Below, one piece after another: positions 32,857-43,200 of a DNA stretch of 64,000 nt. The notes beneath the pieces are model-generated. The model was given only the letters and a program-made list of their open reading frames with translations, was not told the origin of the DNA and ran no database searches. This stretch comes from an uncultured Holophagales bacterium. GTDB lineage: Bacteria; Acidobacteriota; Thermoanaerobaculia; Multivoradales; UBA5704. The stretch's first letter is position 1, and every line of letters starts with the position of its first letter. The stretch spans positions 64,001 to 128,000 of the forward strand of contig CAWJGT010000001.1 in NCBI GenBank assembly GCA_963842525.1, given 5' to 3'. Both the position numbers and the translations under genes were made by a program.

Positions 32857-33359
32857 GGGTCTACCTGACCGGCTTCATGGGCTCGGGCAAGACCACGGTC
32901 GGCCGTCTTCTGGCCGGGCGGCTGGGAGCACCGTTCGTCGACCTCGACGAGGAGATCGAGCGGCGGGCGGAGATGCGGGTACGGGAGGTCTTCGCGCAGC
33001 ATGGCGAGCCGGTGTTCCGGCAGATGGAGCACGAGGCCCTGCGCGCCACGCTCGAGCTGCCGGACGTCGTGGTGGCGACCGGCGGCGGCACCATGGTGTT
33101 CGAGCAGAACGCCCGGCTGATCCGGGAGAACGGCCTGTCGGTATGGCTCAACCCTCCGTTCGCGGCCATCGTCGGCCGGATCGGAGCGCTGGGCAAGGAG
33201 GACCGGCCGCTCTTCAAGGACGAGACGCAGGCGCTCGCCCTGTTCCGGGAGCGGCTCCCGGCCTACCGGCGGGCGGACATGACCCTGGACGCAGCCCCCG
33301 AGGAGGGGCCGGAAGAGATCGCGGCGCGGATCGCGTTGCGGATGGCAGAACGGCGGTAG
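32853..33359 (+). CDS. aroK: Shikimate kinase
   Basis: GFMGSGKTT, DLD, GEPVFR, ATGGG, RPL. Confidence 0.93.
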   Translation: MRVYLTGFMGSGKTTVGRLLAGRLGAPFVDLDEEIERRAEMRVREVFAQHGEPVFRQMEHEALRATLELPDVVVATGGGTMVFEQNARLIRENGLSVWLNPPFAAIVGRIGALGKEDRPLFKDETQALALFRERLPAYRRADMTLDAAPEEGPEEIAARIALRMAERR

Positions 33360-33371
33360 GAGAACGGCTGA

Positions 33372-34115
33372 GTGCGCTACCTGATCCTCTCGGACATGCA
33401 CGCCAACTGGGACGCCTTCGAGGTCGTCCTGCGGCGGGCACGCCGCAAGCGCTTCGACGCGGTGCTGGTCCTCGGGGACCTGGTCGGCTACGGCGCCGCC
33501 CCGAACCAGGTGGTGGAAGCGGTGCGCCGTCTGGGGCCGCGGCTCTTCACCGTGCGCGGCAACCACGACAAGGTGGCGGCGGGGATCGACAACGGCTCCA
33601 ACTTCAACCAGACGGCGCTCACCGCGGCGCAGTGGACCATGGGCCGGCTGACCCCGGCGAACCTGCGCTACGTGCGCAACCTGCCGCAGGGGCCGATGCC
33701 GATCGAGGAGGGGCTGGCCATTTGCCACGGCTCGCCGCTCGATGAGGACCAGTACGTCTTCTCGGACGTGGACGCCTACGAGATCTTCTCCCGCTACGCC
33801 ATGCCACTGGTCTTCTTCGGCCACACGCACATCCCCTCGCTCTTCTCGCTGGAGGGACGGCGGCTGGGAGTGACGGCGCTGCGCGGCGAGAGCGGCATGA
33901 TCACCCTTCACCCCGAGGGCCGCTACCTCATCAACCCCGGCTCGATCGGCCAGCCGCGCGACCGCGACCCGCGGGCCGCCTACATGACCTACGACAGCAG
34001 GCGGCGAGTGGTGCACTGGTACCGCATGCCCTACCCCATCGCCGAAGCCCAGCACCGCATCCGCCGCGCCGGCCTCCCCGGCACCCTGGCCGACCGGCTG
34101 GCCCACGGGGCGTGA
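33372..34115 (+). CDS. Metallophosphoesterase
   Basis: SDMHAN, GDLVGYG, GNHD, HGSP, GHTH, NPGSIGQPRD. Confidence 0.93.
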   Translation: MRYLILSDMHANWDAFEVVLRRARRKRFDAVLVLGDLVGYGAAPNQVVEAVRRLGPRLFTVRGNHDKVAAGIDNGSNFNQTALTAAQWTMGRLTPANLRYVRNLPQGPMPIEEGLAICHGSPLDEDQYVFSDVDAYEIFSRYAMPLVFFGHTHIPSLFSLEGRRLGVTALRGESGMITLHPEGRYLINPGSIGQPRDRDPRAAYMTYDSRRRVVHWYRMPYPIAEAQHRIRRAGLPGTLADRLAHGA

Positions 34116-34316
34116 CCTCACCCCCTGTCCCCCTCTCCCATCGCCCCCCGCCGACCGGGAGAGGGGGGACGTAGCTGGAGCTTGGAGGCGAGGTCGAGGC
34201 TTTCCTGAGAGAGAGTCTCTGAGGAGAAACTGCCAGCTATCCCCTCAGAGCATCAACCACGTTCCCCCTCTCCCGGGGGCAGGGGGGGCGATGGGAGAGG
34301 GGGCTAGGGGGTGAGG
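34116..34316. repeat. Palindromic element CCTCACCCCC...GGGGGTGAGG with nested CCCTCTCCC/GGGAGAGGG hairpins
   Basis: Terminal inverted repeats; second copy at 59897-60062 and partial copy near 14262. Confidence 0.85.
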
Positions 34317-36559
34317 CGATCCCGCACCCGCACCTCCCGCAGACGCTTGATCGTCGACAGGGCGCCGCCGGCGAGGACGATGTAGAGCCCCCACCAGACC
34401 AGGTTGATCAGCGGCTTGCGGGTGACGTCGATGGACAGGCGCGCGGGGTTGGAGATGCCTACGGCCTCGAGCTGGACGGCGCCGCTCGCGGCATTGATGC
34501 CGGCCACGAAGATGGAGCCGCCGTCGGGGAGCTGCATCGGCGGCGTTTCCACCGAGCCGGTCGCCGGGTTCAGACGGTAGAGCGGCGTGAGGGTGGTCTT
34601 CCGGCCGTCGGCCGTCGTCACCTCGACCATGGCTCCGATCGTCATCGGCTCGCCGCGCTGCATCGCAGCCATCGCGTTGGTGCCTCCGGCCATGAGGTCG
34701 AAGCCCGTGAAGCGGAGGTCCATCTTGCCGAGCTGCCCGGACTCGCCTTTGGCGAGCTGGAGCTGCGGCTGCCCGGGATCGAACTCGATCGGCGAGACGT
34801 AGAGGTCCTGGAGGACCGTCGTCCGGATGTCCGGATTGACCATGAGCTGCCGCGTCCGGTCGTTGACGAACATCTTGGGGTAGACGAAGAAGGGCTTTTC
34901 GCCGGCGCGCTGCACCTGGATCTCCATCCGCTCCTTCTCATGCCCCTGGCGCGGCAGGAACCGGGTGAAGGTCAGCGTCATGTCCTTCACCTGCCGCGGC
35001 ACCCCCTGCTCCAGGGTCACCTTGGCGCTCTCGTCATAGGCCGAGGAGGCCATCACGCCGAGCAGGATCACGCCGACTCCGACGTGCGCCAGGTACCCGC
35101 CCGCGGCGGACAGGCCGCCCGCCCGCATCTTGAGCACCGTCTTGTGCAGGTTGGTGGCCAGGGCCAGCGACGCCAGCAGGACGAAAAGGAGGTGGAACGG
35201 GTCGTGGACCTTCCAGACCGCCGCCGCGACCGTGACCGCCACGGCGAAGATCCCCGGGCCGATCAGCTTGCGGAGGATCTCGCCGCCGACCTCCCCCTTC
35301 CAGGTGAGATAGGGCACCAGAGACAGAAGCAGTGCGATCAGCAGCGCGACCGGCAGGTTCACCTGGTTGTAGAACGACGGGCCGACCTGGCCGGGGTTCT
35401 CCATGAAGCGGGTGAGGAGCGGCGCCGAGGTCCCGGCGGTGATGACGATCGTGGCGACCACCAGGGTGATGGTCGAGAGCACCAGGAAGGTGCCGCGCGA
35501 CAGGAACGACGGGTCCTCGTTGGGAACCGTCGGCACATGGCGCCAACGGGTGACGATCAGCCAGCCCGAGAGGACGATGAAGCCGCCGAGCAGCGCGACG
35601 AGCCAGCCCGAGATCCCGAGGTCCACGAAGCTGTGGACCGAGAAGTCGGCGAGCACGCCCGAGCGGGTGAGGAAGGTGCCGTAGAGGACCGCGATGTAGA
35701 CCAGGGACGCGAGCACGTAGTTGGCCCGGCGGTAGCGCCCCCGGGTGCGCTCCAGATACAGGCCGTGCACCAGCACCGTACCGAACAGCCAGGGGATGAG
35801 CGAGGCGTTCTCGACCGGGTCCCAGCCCCAGTAGCCGCCCCAGCCCAGGGTCTTATAGGCCCAGTAGCCGCCCATCAGGATGGCGCAGCCCAGCACCAGG
35901 AAGCCGGCCAGGGCCCAGGGGAAGGCGCGCACCGCCCAGTTGTCCTCTTCGCGCTCATAACCGCGCCGCCAGAGGGAAGCCATGGCGAAGGCGAAGGGGA
36001 TGGCGCTCGCCGCATAGCCGATGAACATGATCGGCGGATGGATGACCATCCAGTTGTCCTGGAGCAGCGGGTTCAGCCCCTGGCCGTCGACCGGCGTCTC
36101 CTTCAGCATGACGAACGGGTTCTCGCGCACCAGGATGAAGAGGAGGCCCAGCAGGGTGAGGGTATAGACCCCCATCACCGGGGCCTCGTTCCTGGCGTTG
36201 CCGGTCGTCTTCATCACCAGGAGCCCGAGCAGGGCGCCCCAGAGGAGCCAGATCAGGAAGCTTCCCTTCTGGCCGGCCCAGAACGCGGCGATCTGGAAGT
36301 GGCCCGGCAGATCGGACCCGGAGTATTGGAAGACGTACTCGATCCGGTAGTCGCGCAGCGCCAGCAGCAGCATCAGGACGAGCGAGGCCAGGAGGATCGA
36401 CACGGCGAAGAAGCCATACGAGCGGCGGGCGAAGGGGAGCGCGGCGGCGTCGCCGCGCAGCACCAGCGAATAGCCCCAGATGGACGCCAGGGAGAAGATC
36501 ACCGCACACCAGAGCGCGAGGGCTCCGGGCAGGTAGAGCTGGGCGAGATAATTCAACAT
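34304..36559 (-). CDS. ccmF: Cytochrome c biogenesis heme lyase CcmF
   Basis: GQGLNPLLQ, IHPP, WGGYWGWDPVENASLIPW, SVHSF. Confidence 0.93.
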   Translation of the reverse strand: MLNYLAQLYLPGALALWCAVIFSLASIWGYSLVLRGDAAALPFARRSYGFFAVSILLASLVLMLLLALRDYRIEYVFQYSGSDLPGHFQIAAFWAGQKGSFLIWLLWGALLGLLVMKTTGNARNEAPVMGVYTLTLLGLLFILVRENPFVMLKETPVDGQGLNPLLQDNWMVIHPPIMFIGYAASAIPFAFAMASLWRRGYEREEDNWAVRAFPWALAGFLVLGCAILMGGYWAYKTLGWGGYWGWDPVENASLIPWLFGTVLVHGLYLERTRGRYRRANYVLASLVYIAVLYGTFLTRSGVLADFSVHSFVDLGISGWLVALLGGFIVLSGWLIVTRWRHVPTVPNEDPSFLSRGTFLVLSTITLVVATIVITAGTSAPLLTRFMENPGQVGPSFYNQVNLPVALLIALLLSLVPYLTWKGEVGGEILRKLIGPGIFAVAVTVAAAVWKVHDPFHLLFVLLASLALATNLHKTVLKMRAGGLSAAGGYLAHVGVGVILLGVMASSAYDESAKVTLEQGVPRQVKDMTLTFTRFLPRQGHEKERMEIQVQRAGEKPFFVYPKMFVNDRTRQLMVNPDIRTTVLQDLYVSPIEFDPGQPQLQLAKGESGQLGKMDLRFTGFDLMAGGTNAMAAMQRGEPMTIGAMVEVTTADGRKTTLTPLYRLNPATGSVETPPMQLPDGGSIFVAGINAASGAVQLEAVGISNPARLSIDVTRKPLINLVWWGLYIVLAGGALSTIKRLREVRVRDRLTP

Positions 36560-36583
36560 GATCGCCTCCTGGCGTTTGGGCGC

Positions 36584-36980
36584 TCAGCCGTACTCCTTGA
36601 CCTCGGCGCCCTGGTATTTGCTCGGGCACTTCACGAGCAGCTTGTCCGCCGCGAACTCCTTGCTCCCTTCGTCGTACCGGCCGATGGCCACGATGCTGAT
36701 CGCGTCCTCGAAGTTGCCCGGCTTGACGCCCCGGTAGCGGATCCGCAAGGCCTCATGCGTCTCGGGCTCCTGGAGCGTGAAGTAGAGGGACTCCTCGGCG
36801 GCCACGTACTTCGAGCTTCCCCTTTTCGAGGGCCCCGGCCACCTGGACGATCCGCTCTGCCTCGCGCGCCTGCTTGTACGACACATAGGGCGTCAGGGTC
36901 TCTTTGAACGAAGAGAAAGAGAACCCCGCGAACGCCAGGAGCATCAGTCCTCCGAGCATGTAGAAACGGTTCTTCTTCAT
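36584..36980 (-). CDS. ccmE: Heme chaperone CcmE, CxxxY type (frameshift near 36815)
   Basis: N-terminal membrane anchor; LLVKCPSKY. Confidence 0.88.
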
Positions 36981-37096
36981 TGTTCCTTCTCCATGTCCCG
37001 CAGCCGCCGGTTGAGGCGGAGCAGGTAGAGGAAGATCCCGGTCCAGATGACCAGGTTCACTGCCAGAATCCAGCCGTTGCCACCATTGACATCCAT
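36977..37096 (-). CDS. ccmD: CcmD-like small membrane protein
   Basis: MDVNGGNGWILAVNLVIWTGIFLYLLRLNRRLRDMEKEQ between ccmC and ccmE. Confidence 0.75.
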   Translation of the reverse strand: MDVNGGNGWILAVNLVIWTGIFLYLLRLNRRLRDMEKEQ

Positions 37097-37101
37097 AACG
37101 T

Positions 37102-37776
37102 TCACCCCAGGGCTGCCGATTTCCGTTCCGCCAGTGCCTGGAGGCGGCACTGCAGATTGTGGATCCAGAAGAAGAGCGCGGCGAAGCCGAGGCCGCTCGC
37201 ATAGAGCACATGCTGGATGCGCGGGTCCATCGCGACCTTGCCCTCGGCGTTGACCACCGGCTCCGGGTGCAGCGAGAAGGTGACCCGCGGCACGATCCAG
37301 TACAGGAACGGCGTCACCACGAGCCCGAGCAGGGCATAGGCGGCGGCGAGGCGCCCCCGCAGGTCGGGTTCCTCGACCGCACCGCGCAACGCCAGGTAGG
37401 CGCCATAGAAGAGCAGCGAGATGAGGAGCGAGGTCTGGCGCGGGTCCCAGTTCCACCAGGCGCCCCATTCGATGCGCGCCCAGATCGATCCGGTGGTGGT
37501 GGCGAGGACGCCGTAGAGCAGCCCGAGCTCGATGGCCGCGGCGGCGGCCCGGTCGTGCCGCGCCTGCCGGCCCTTCATCAGGTAGAGCAGGCTCCACACC
37601 GCGGCGGCGATGAAGCCGAGGAACGAAGCCCAGGCCATGGGGACGTGGAAGAACAGGATGCGGTACGCCTCGGGGACCCGGAAGCCTTCCGCCGTCCGTG
37701 GGGCGTAGTAGAAGGCCGCGAGGATCACCAGGGAGATCCAGGTCCAGAGCAGCCAGGGAAAGATTTTCCGCATCAT
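37102..37776 (-). CDS. ccmC: Heme exporter CcmC
   Basis: FFHVP, WGAWWNWDPRQT, SLHP. Confidence 0.93.
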   Translation of the reverse strand: MMRKIFPWLLWTWISLVILAAFYYAPRTAEGFRVPEAYRILFFHVPMAWASFLGFIAAAVWSLLYLMKGRQARHDRAAAAAIELGLLYGVLATTTGSIWARIEWGAWWNWDPRQTSLLISLLFYGAYLALRGAVEEPDLRGRLAAAYALLGLVVTPFLYWIVPRVTFSLHPEPVVNAEGKVAMDPRIQHVLYASGLGFAALFFWIHNLQCRLQALAERKSAALG

Positions 37777-37777
37777 C

Positions 37778-38464
37778 TCAAGGATTCCAGACCATGGGGA
37801 AGAGCATGAGCCCCGCGATGGTGACAGATGCATCATACAGAAGGAGCTGAGACAGGGCCACTCCGGCGGCGTCGCCGGTGATCGCGTTGCGCGTCAGGTC
37901 CACCACCAGCAGCAGCAGGGGCAGCAGGACGGGGAACGCGAGCACCGAGAACAGGGTCCCCTTGGTCCGCGCCTGGGCGATGATGGCCGCCACCAGCGTG
38001 CTGCCGGCGGCCAGGCCGAAGCCGCCGCCGGCCAGGACGGCAATCAGCAGGCCCGGCGAGCCGACCGTAAGGTCCATCAGGATCAGGAAGACCGGCGTCA
38101 CCAGCACCTCGAGGGCTGCCATGAGGGTGAGACAGTAGAGGAGCTTGCCGCAGAACAGGGCCGACGGCGTGGCGGTGAGGCGCAGGGCGGTCGCCGTCTG
38201 GCTCTCCTCCTCCTGCACGAAGGCGCGCGGCAGACCGGCCGCTACCGAGAAGAGCAGGATCACCCAGAGGAGGACCGGCAGCACGGCCGAGCCCTGGGCG
38301 CGGGCGAGCCCGATCGGCCCCAGGCTGACGCTCACCACGACCAGGGTGGTGAAGGCGAACAGGGCGAGCGTGTTCAGGGCGTAGCGGGTGCGGAACTCGC
38401 ACCGCCAGTCCTTGGCGAACACTGCCACAGCCTCAGCGGCCCAGGTCGAGGCGTCCTGCCACAC
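37778..38464 (-). CDS. ccmB: Heme exporter CcmB
   Basis: AKDWRCEFRTR, VLAFPVLLP; operon position. Confidence 0.88.
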   Translation of the reverse strand: MWQDASTWAAEAVAVFAKDWRCEFRTRYALNTLALFAFTTLVVVSVSLGPIGLARAQGSAVLPVLLWVILLFSVAAGLPRAFVQEEESQTATALRLTATPSALFCGKLLYCLTLMAALEVLVTPVFLILMDLTVGSPGLLIAVLAGGGFGLAAGSTLVAAIIAQARTKGTLFSVLAFPVLLPLLLLVVDLTRNAITGDAAGVALSQLLLYDASVTIAGLMLFPMVWNP

Positions 38465-39074
38465 GGTCGATCTCCACGGCGGAGGGGTTGGCCACCACGG
38501 CCAGCCCGCCGGGGGTCTGGTCGAGGTGCTCGACGAGCAGCTCGCGGGTGGCCCGCTCGCCGGGGGCGTCGAGGTTCTGGAACGGCTCGTCGAGCAGCAG
38601 CAGCCGCGGGCGGTGCGTCAGGGCCCAGGCCCAGCGCAGGCGCTGCCGCATCCCGGACGAGAGGGCGCCGGCCATGCGGCCCCGCGGCAGGCCGAGGCGG
38701 TCGACCACCGCGAGGCCGCGCTCGGGGCTCACCCGCCGCAGGCGGGCGAAGAAGACCAGGTTCTCTTCCACGGTCAGCTCGCTGTAGAAGGCCAAATCGG
38801 GCGCGACATAGCCCACCCGCCGCCGCCGCCGGTCCAGGTCGAGAGGTCCATCGCCTTCCCGGTATTCGATGCTCCCTGCCTCCGGGGCGAGGAGGCCGGC
38901 GAGGCAGCGCAGGAGGGTGCTCTTGCCCGAGCCGTTGGGGCCGGTCACCAGCAGCACCTCGCCCGCCGAGACGGCGCCCGAGACCCCCTCCAGCACCGAG
39001 AGCCGCCCGAAGCGGCGGCGGATGCCCTCGAAGCGGAGGGAGTCTGAGGCGGCGGCATTCACAGTCGGGAGCAT
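38433..39074 (-). CDS. ccmA: Heme exporter ATPase CcmA
   Basis: GPNGSGKST, LSSGM, LLLDEP; operon position. Confidence 0.88.
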   Translation of the reverse strand: MLPTVNAAASDSLRFEGIRRRFGRLSVLEGVSGAVSAGEVLLVTGPNGSGKSTLLRCLAGLLAPEAGSIEYREGDGPLDLDRRRRRVGYVAPDLAFYSELTVEENLVFFARLRRVSPERGLAVVDRLGLPRGRMAGALSSGMRQRLRWAWALTHRPRLLLLDEPFQNLDAPGERATRELLVEHLDQTPGGLAVVANPSAVEIDRVAGRLDLGR

Positions 39075-39125
39075 ATCGGTAGTGGCCCGGTGACGCAGGA
39101 GCGGTGGTATACCATCCTTCCCGCT

Positions 39126-41141
39126 ATGCAACGCGCTCTCACGGTCCTTCTCCTCAATATGACGCTCACCGCCTGCGCGAGCGTGCCTCCTCGGAGCTCC
39201 GATCTGCCGGAGCTATTCCCGGATTTGGCCGTGCCGGAGCTCGGCGAGCGGGCGCTGTTGCTGCTGATCGTCGACCGCCAGGCGTACGAGCCCTTCGCCG
39301 TGCAACGAGCGCTCGCCGGAAGCCCCGAGCTGCGCGAGGAGCTGGCCGTGGCGCTGGGACGGATCCCCGACCGCCAGGGCCGCCAGCCGCTGATCGGCCT
39401 GCTCCTGGACGACGTGCCGGCGGTGCGCCGGGCCGCGGCGTTCGCCCTCGGCGAGCTCGAAGACCCCGGGGCGAAGGAGGCGCTGCTCGCGGCGGTGCGT
39501 GACCCTGACCGCGAGGTGGGCCTGCTGGCGGTCGAGGCCCTCGGCAAGCTGAAGACGCCGGTGGTCGAGGTGGCGGAGCACCTGCTGCCGCTGCCCGAGA
39601 CGGAGCGCACGGCGCGGTTGATCCCGTGGCTTTTCCGCTTCCGGGAGGAGCGCATGATGACGCTCGCCGAGGGAGGGCTGGCGTTGCCGGACCGCGAGCT
39701 GCACGCCCTCGCCGCCTATGCCCTGGCGCGCGAGCCGTTCCCCCAGGCCGTGCCGGCCCTGCGCCGGCTGCTCGCCGATCCCGACCCGCGGGTGCGCGGC
39801 TGGGCCGCCCGCGGCCTCGGGCTGGCCGGCGTCGGCAAGGATCTGGCGGCCCTGCGCCCCCTCCTGGACGACCGCGAGCCGGGTCCCACGATCCAGGCGC
39901 TCCGCGCCGCGCGGGCCCTCCTCACCGGAGGCAAGGGGACGGCGCCGGCCGACTGGGTGCCGAGGCTGCTGGAGCTGTTCGCCGCGCCTCACCCTGGCGT
40001 GCGGGTCAGCGCTCTCGAAGCGGCCGGCGCCTGGCCGCTCGCAACCCCCCAGGCCGCCGCCCTCGGGGAGGCGCTCGTACTGCGCGCCACGGAAGGGCAG
40101 GGGAGGGAGCGCGGGGTGGCATTGGTCGCTTTGGCGACCGGCCGGCATCCGCGGGCCTCGGCGCTCGTGGCGGATGCCGCCGTTGCCTTGGAAGACCCGG
40201 ACGTGCGGGCGCATGCGGCCGAGGCGGCGGGCCTGCTCGGCGCCAGCGGCATCCTGGACCGCCTGGTTGACGATCCAGCGCCCGAGGTACGCACGGTGGC
40301 TGTCGAGACGCGGCTCGCGGCGGCGGAGAAGGATGCGCAGCGGGCGGCACGGTTGGCCCAGCAGGGGCTGAGCGACTCCGATCCGGGGGTGCTCGCCACC
40401 GTGTTCGGCTGGCTCGCCGACCACCCGGTGCTCCCCGTGTCCGCCCTTGCGGAGATCCTCCAGCACGAGCGCCAGAGGAGCGACGACGTCGCCGTGGCCG
40501 GGGTGGAAGCGCTCGCCGCACGCGCCGAGGCCGAGGCCGGAGAGCGCGCCGCCGCGGTAGCTCTCCTGGAGAAGGCTGTGGCGGGGGGTGGCTACGTCCT
40601 GCGGCGCGAAGCGGGGGACGCCCTGGGGAGGCTCGGCCAGCCGGTGCCGGCGCTGCGGCCGGTCGAGACCGGCAAGGACCTCGATGACTACCGGGAGATC
40701 ATCCAGCGCACCCGCCGGCCGCAGGACGTGGAGATCCGCACCGCCAAGGGGACGATCCGGGTCCGGCTGGCCTGTCCCGAGGCGCCGCTCACCTGCCTGA
40801 ATTTCCTCCAGCTCGCCGGCCAAGGCTTTTACAACGGTCTGGGCTTCCACCGGGTAGTGCCCGACTTCGTCGTCCAGGGGGGGGACCCTCGCGGCGACGG
40901 CTCCGGCGGCCTGGGCTACGACATCCGGGACGAGATCAACCGTCAGCGCTACCGCCGGGGAGCCGTCGGCATGGCCCGCTCCGGCCCCGACACCGGCGAC
41001 AGCCAGTTCTTCCTCACCCTCTCCGAGCAACCTCACCTCGACGGCGGCTACACCCTCTTCGGCCAGGTCACCGCCGGCGAAGACGTCCTCGACCGCCTTG
41101 TCGCGGACGATCGCATCGAGACGATCGTGGAGGTGCGGTAG
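39126..41141 (+). CDS. HEAT-repeat lipoprotein with C-terminal cyclophilin PPIase domain
   Basis: LTAC lipobox, HEAT repeats, FHRVVPDFVVQGGDP, SQFF, HLDGGYTLFGQV. Confidence 0.9.
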   Translation: MQRALTVLLLNMTLTACASVPPRSSDLPELFPDLAVPELGERALLLLIVDRQAYEPFAVQRALAGSPELREELAVALGRIPDRQGRQPLIGLLLDDVPAVRRAAAFALGELEDPGAKEALLAAVRDPDREVGLLAVEALGKLKTPVVEVAEHLLPLPETERTARLIPWLFRFREERMMTLAEGGLALPDRELHALAAYALAREPFPQAVPALRRLLADPDPRVRGWAARGLGLAGVGKDLAALRPLLDDREPGPTIQALRAARALLTGGKGTAPADWVPRLLELFAAPHPGVRVSALEAAGAWPLATPQAAALGEALVLRATEGQGRERGVALVALATGRHPRASALVADAAVALEDPDVRAHAAEAAGLLGASGILDRLVDDPAPEVRTVAVETRLAAAEKDAQRAARLAQQGLSDSDPGVLATVFGWLADHPVLPVSALAEILQHERQRSDDVAVAGVEALAARAEAEAGERAAAVALLEKAVAGGGYVLRREAGDALGRLGQPVPALRPVETGKDLDDYREIIQRTRRPQDVEIRTAKGTIRVRLACPEAPLTCLNFLQLAGQGFYNGLGFHRVVPDFVVQGGDPRGDGSGGLGYDIRDEINRQRYRRGAVGMARSGPDTGDSQFFLTLSEQPHLDGGYTLFGQVTAGEDVLDRLVADDRIETIVEVR

Positions 41142-41150
41142 ACTCCCTCC

Positions 41151-41717
41151 ATGAAAGCCTCCGTCCTGACCGCCGCGATCCTGTCCGTCGTCCTCGCCCT
41201 GCCTGCCTGCTCGGACCAGCCGGAGCCCACCCCGACGGCCGGGGCGCCGGCGGATGACGTGCTCGTGGGGATGGTGAGCCGCGAAACGGTCGAGGAAGCG
41301 CATCCGGACTGGGTGCAGGCCGAGGTGGCCGCGGCGCCGGACGCGGCGGCCTCCAAGGCGCTGGCGGCGGTCGAGCCCGGCGCCGAGGTCACCGTCTTCC
41401 TGGGGACCTGGTGCTCGGACAGCCGGCGCGAGTTGCCACGCCTCTGGCGGGCCCTCGACGAGACCGGCGGCATGGTGCCGTTCCAGATCCGCTATATCGG
41501 CGTCGACCGGGAGAAGAAGGAGCCGGCCGCGCCCATCACCAACTACGACATCCGTTTCGTGCCCACCTTCATCGTCGAGCGCGGCGGGCACGAGGTGGGC
41601 CGCATCGTCGAGGAATCGCCGCACGGCATCGAGCAGGACCTGCTGGCGCTGCTCAGCGGCAAGGCTAACGGCGTGATCTCCGCGAGCCAGGCCGAGGCGG
41701 CCACTCCGCCCCGGTAG
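41151..41717 (+). CDS. Thioredoxin-like lipoprotein (CxxS)
   Basis: LPAC lipobox; GTWCSDS; VPTFI. Confidence 0.85.
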   Translation: MKASVLTAAILSVVLALPACSDQPEPTPTAGAPADDVLVGMVSRETVEEAHPDWVQAEVAAAPDAAASKALAAVEPGAEVTVFLGTWCSDSRRELPRLWRALDETGGMVPFQIRYIGVDREKKEPAAPITNYDIRFVPTFIVERGGHEVGRIVEESPHGIEQDLLALLSGKANGVISASQAEAATPPR

Positions 41718-41726
41718 GCCTTCCCC

Positions 41727-41897
41727 ATGCACTCCGGCCTCGGCTGGACTCTCCAGCTCCTCGCCCTCGCCATCGTGGGCAGCTCCCTGCTCGTGGGGCT
41801 GATCTCGGATCAGATCCGTGCCGAGCTGGCCGTTGCCGCGGCGGGCGCGGTCCTCTTCCTCGTCGGGCGATGGCTGCAGAGTCGGGAAGGCCGGTGA
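41727..41897 (+). CDS. Small two-helix membrane protein (56 aa, not in the ORF track)
   Basis: MHSGLGWTLQLLALAIVGSSLLVGL...LFLVGRWLQSREGR; starts 9 nt after the previous stop. Confidence 0.65.
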   Translation: MHSGLGWTLQLLALAIVGSSLLVGLISDQIRAELAVAAAGAVLFLVGRWLQSREGR

Positions 41898-41958
41898 CCT
41901 TCAAGGGCCACTTCCGCCCTGCGGTTGCAACCTTGGCGCCGGGATTGCGTAATCACCC

Positions 41959-42543
41959 ATGACGAGGGGAGCGGAGCAACCGACCGACGAAGAGCTGGTT
42001 GCGGCGGTCCTCGACGGTGATCGGGATCGCTTCGGCGACCTGGTCGACCGATACCAGGGTCGCCTCGTCAATTATCTCTTCCGCTTGCTTCGCAACGTCG
42101 ACGACGCGCACGACCTCGCCCAGGAAGTGCTCGTCAAGGTGTACCAGGTGCTGGATCGGTACGATCCGCAATACAAGTTCTCGACCTGGCTGTTCCGGGT
42201 GGCGCAGAACGCGGCGATCGACCAGATCCGGCGGCGGCGTTTGAAGCTGGTCTCCATGCGGCAGGAAGGCGAGGAGGGGGAGGGGCGCGACTGGGACCTT
42301 CCGTCTCCGGAGCGCGGGCCGTATGGAGAGCTGCGCAATCAGGAGCGAGGCGATGCGATCCAGGAGGCGATCGAAGCTCTCCCCTGGGAGTACCGGGAGC
42401 TGATCCTCCTGCGGCACTTCGGCGAGCTCCCCTACGAAGAGATCGCGCAGCTCAAGCAGATGCCTCTCGGGACTGTGAAGAACAAGCTCTTCCGGGGACG
42501 GCAGATGCTCAAGGAGAGGTTGCAGGATTTCTTGTCGGATTGA
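41959..42543 (+). CDS. ECF sigma factor (SigW-like)
   Basis: DLAQEV, KFSTWLFRVAQN, YEEIA...GTVKNKLFRGR. Confidence 0.93.
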   Translation: MTRGAEQPTDEELVAAVLDGDRDRFGDLVDRYQGRLVNYLFRLLRNVDDAHDLAQEVLVKVYQVLDRYDPQYKFSTWLFRVAQNAAIDQIRRRRLKLVSMRQEGEEGEGRDWDLPSPERGPYGELRNQERGDAIQEAIEALPWEYRELILLRHFGELPYEEIAQLKQMPLGTVKNKLFRGRQMLKERLQDFLSD

Positions 42544-42578
42544 GATGAAACCGAGGGGATGTACCGAGGGGCGAGCTG

Positions 42579-43154
42579 ATGAGAAGGCCGGATCACAACA
42601 CCTACCGTGAATGGTTGAACCTGGACGTGGATGGGGAGCTGCCCCCGGCGCAGCGGGCCCAGCTCGACGAGCATCTCGCCTCCTGTCCGGACTGCCGGAG
42701 CGAGCGGCAAGAGATGCTCGCGTTCGAGCGTCTCCTCGTCGAGAACCGTGTGCCGGTGCGGCCGGGCTTCAGCGACAAGGTGCTCGCGTCGCTGCCCGCG
42801 GCGGGCTGGGAGAGCCGTTCGCCCCGGACCTGGAGCTTCCCGGCGGCCGTGGCGGTGCTGCTCGCCGGCATCGCGGCGGCGCTCCTGGGGTCGGCCCGGA
42901 TGGGCTCCTCCTCGTCGGTGCTGTCGACGCTCTCCGCGGTGGGCGGCATGCTCCAGGCGACCCTCCAGGCGGGCGCCGGCCTGCTCGCCGTCTCCTGGAA
43001 GGGGCTCGGCCTGGTCTTCACCGAGGCCTTGACCTCTCCCATGAGCCTCGGGGCCTTCGTCTTCCTGGTGCTCTGCCTCAACCTCCTGCTGATCTCCCTC
43101 GTGCGCCGGCGGCGGCCGGCGGCGGCCGCCGCAAGGAAGGGGAACGGGGCTTAG
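42579..43154 (+). CDS. zf-HC2 membrane anti-sigma factor
   Basis: HLASCPDC; transmembrane segments. Confidence 0.85.
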   Translation: MRRPDHNTYREWLNLDVDGELPPAQRAQLDEHLASCPDCRSERQEMLAFERLLVENRVPVRPGFSDKVLASLPAAGWESRSPRTWSFPAAVAVLLAGIAAALLGSARMGSSSSVLSTLSAVGGMLQATLQAGAGLLAVSWKGLGLVFTEALTSPMSLGAFVFLVLCLNLLLISLVRRRRPAAAAARKGNGA

Positions 43155-43200
43155 CCAAGCTCCCCTTTCTTCCGCAGGTTCCACGCGCTAGAGTCGTGCC

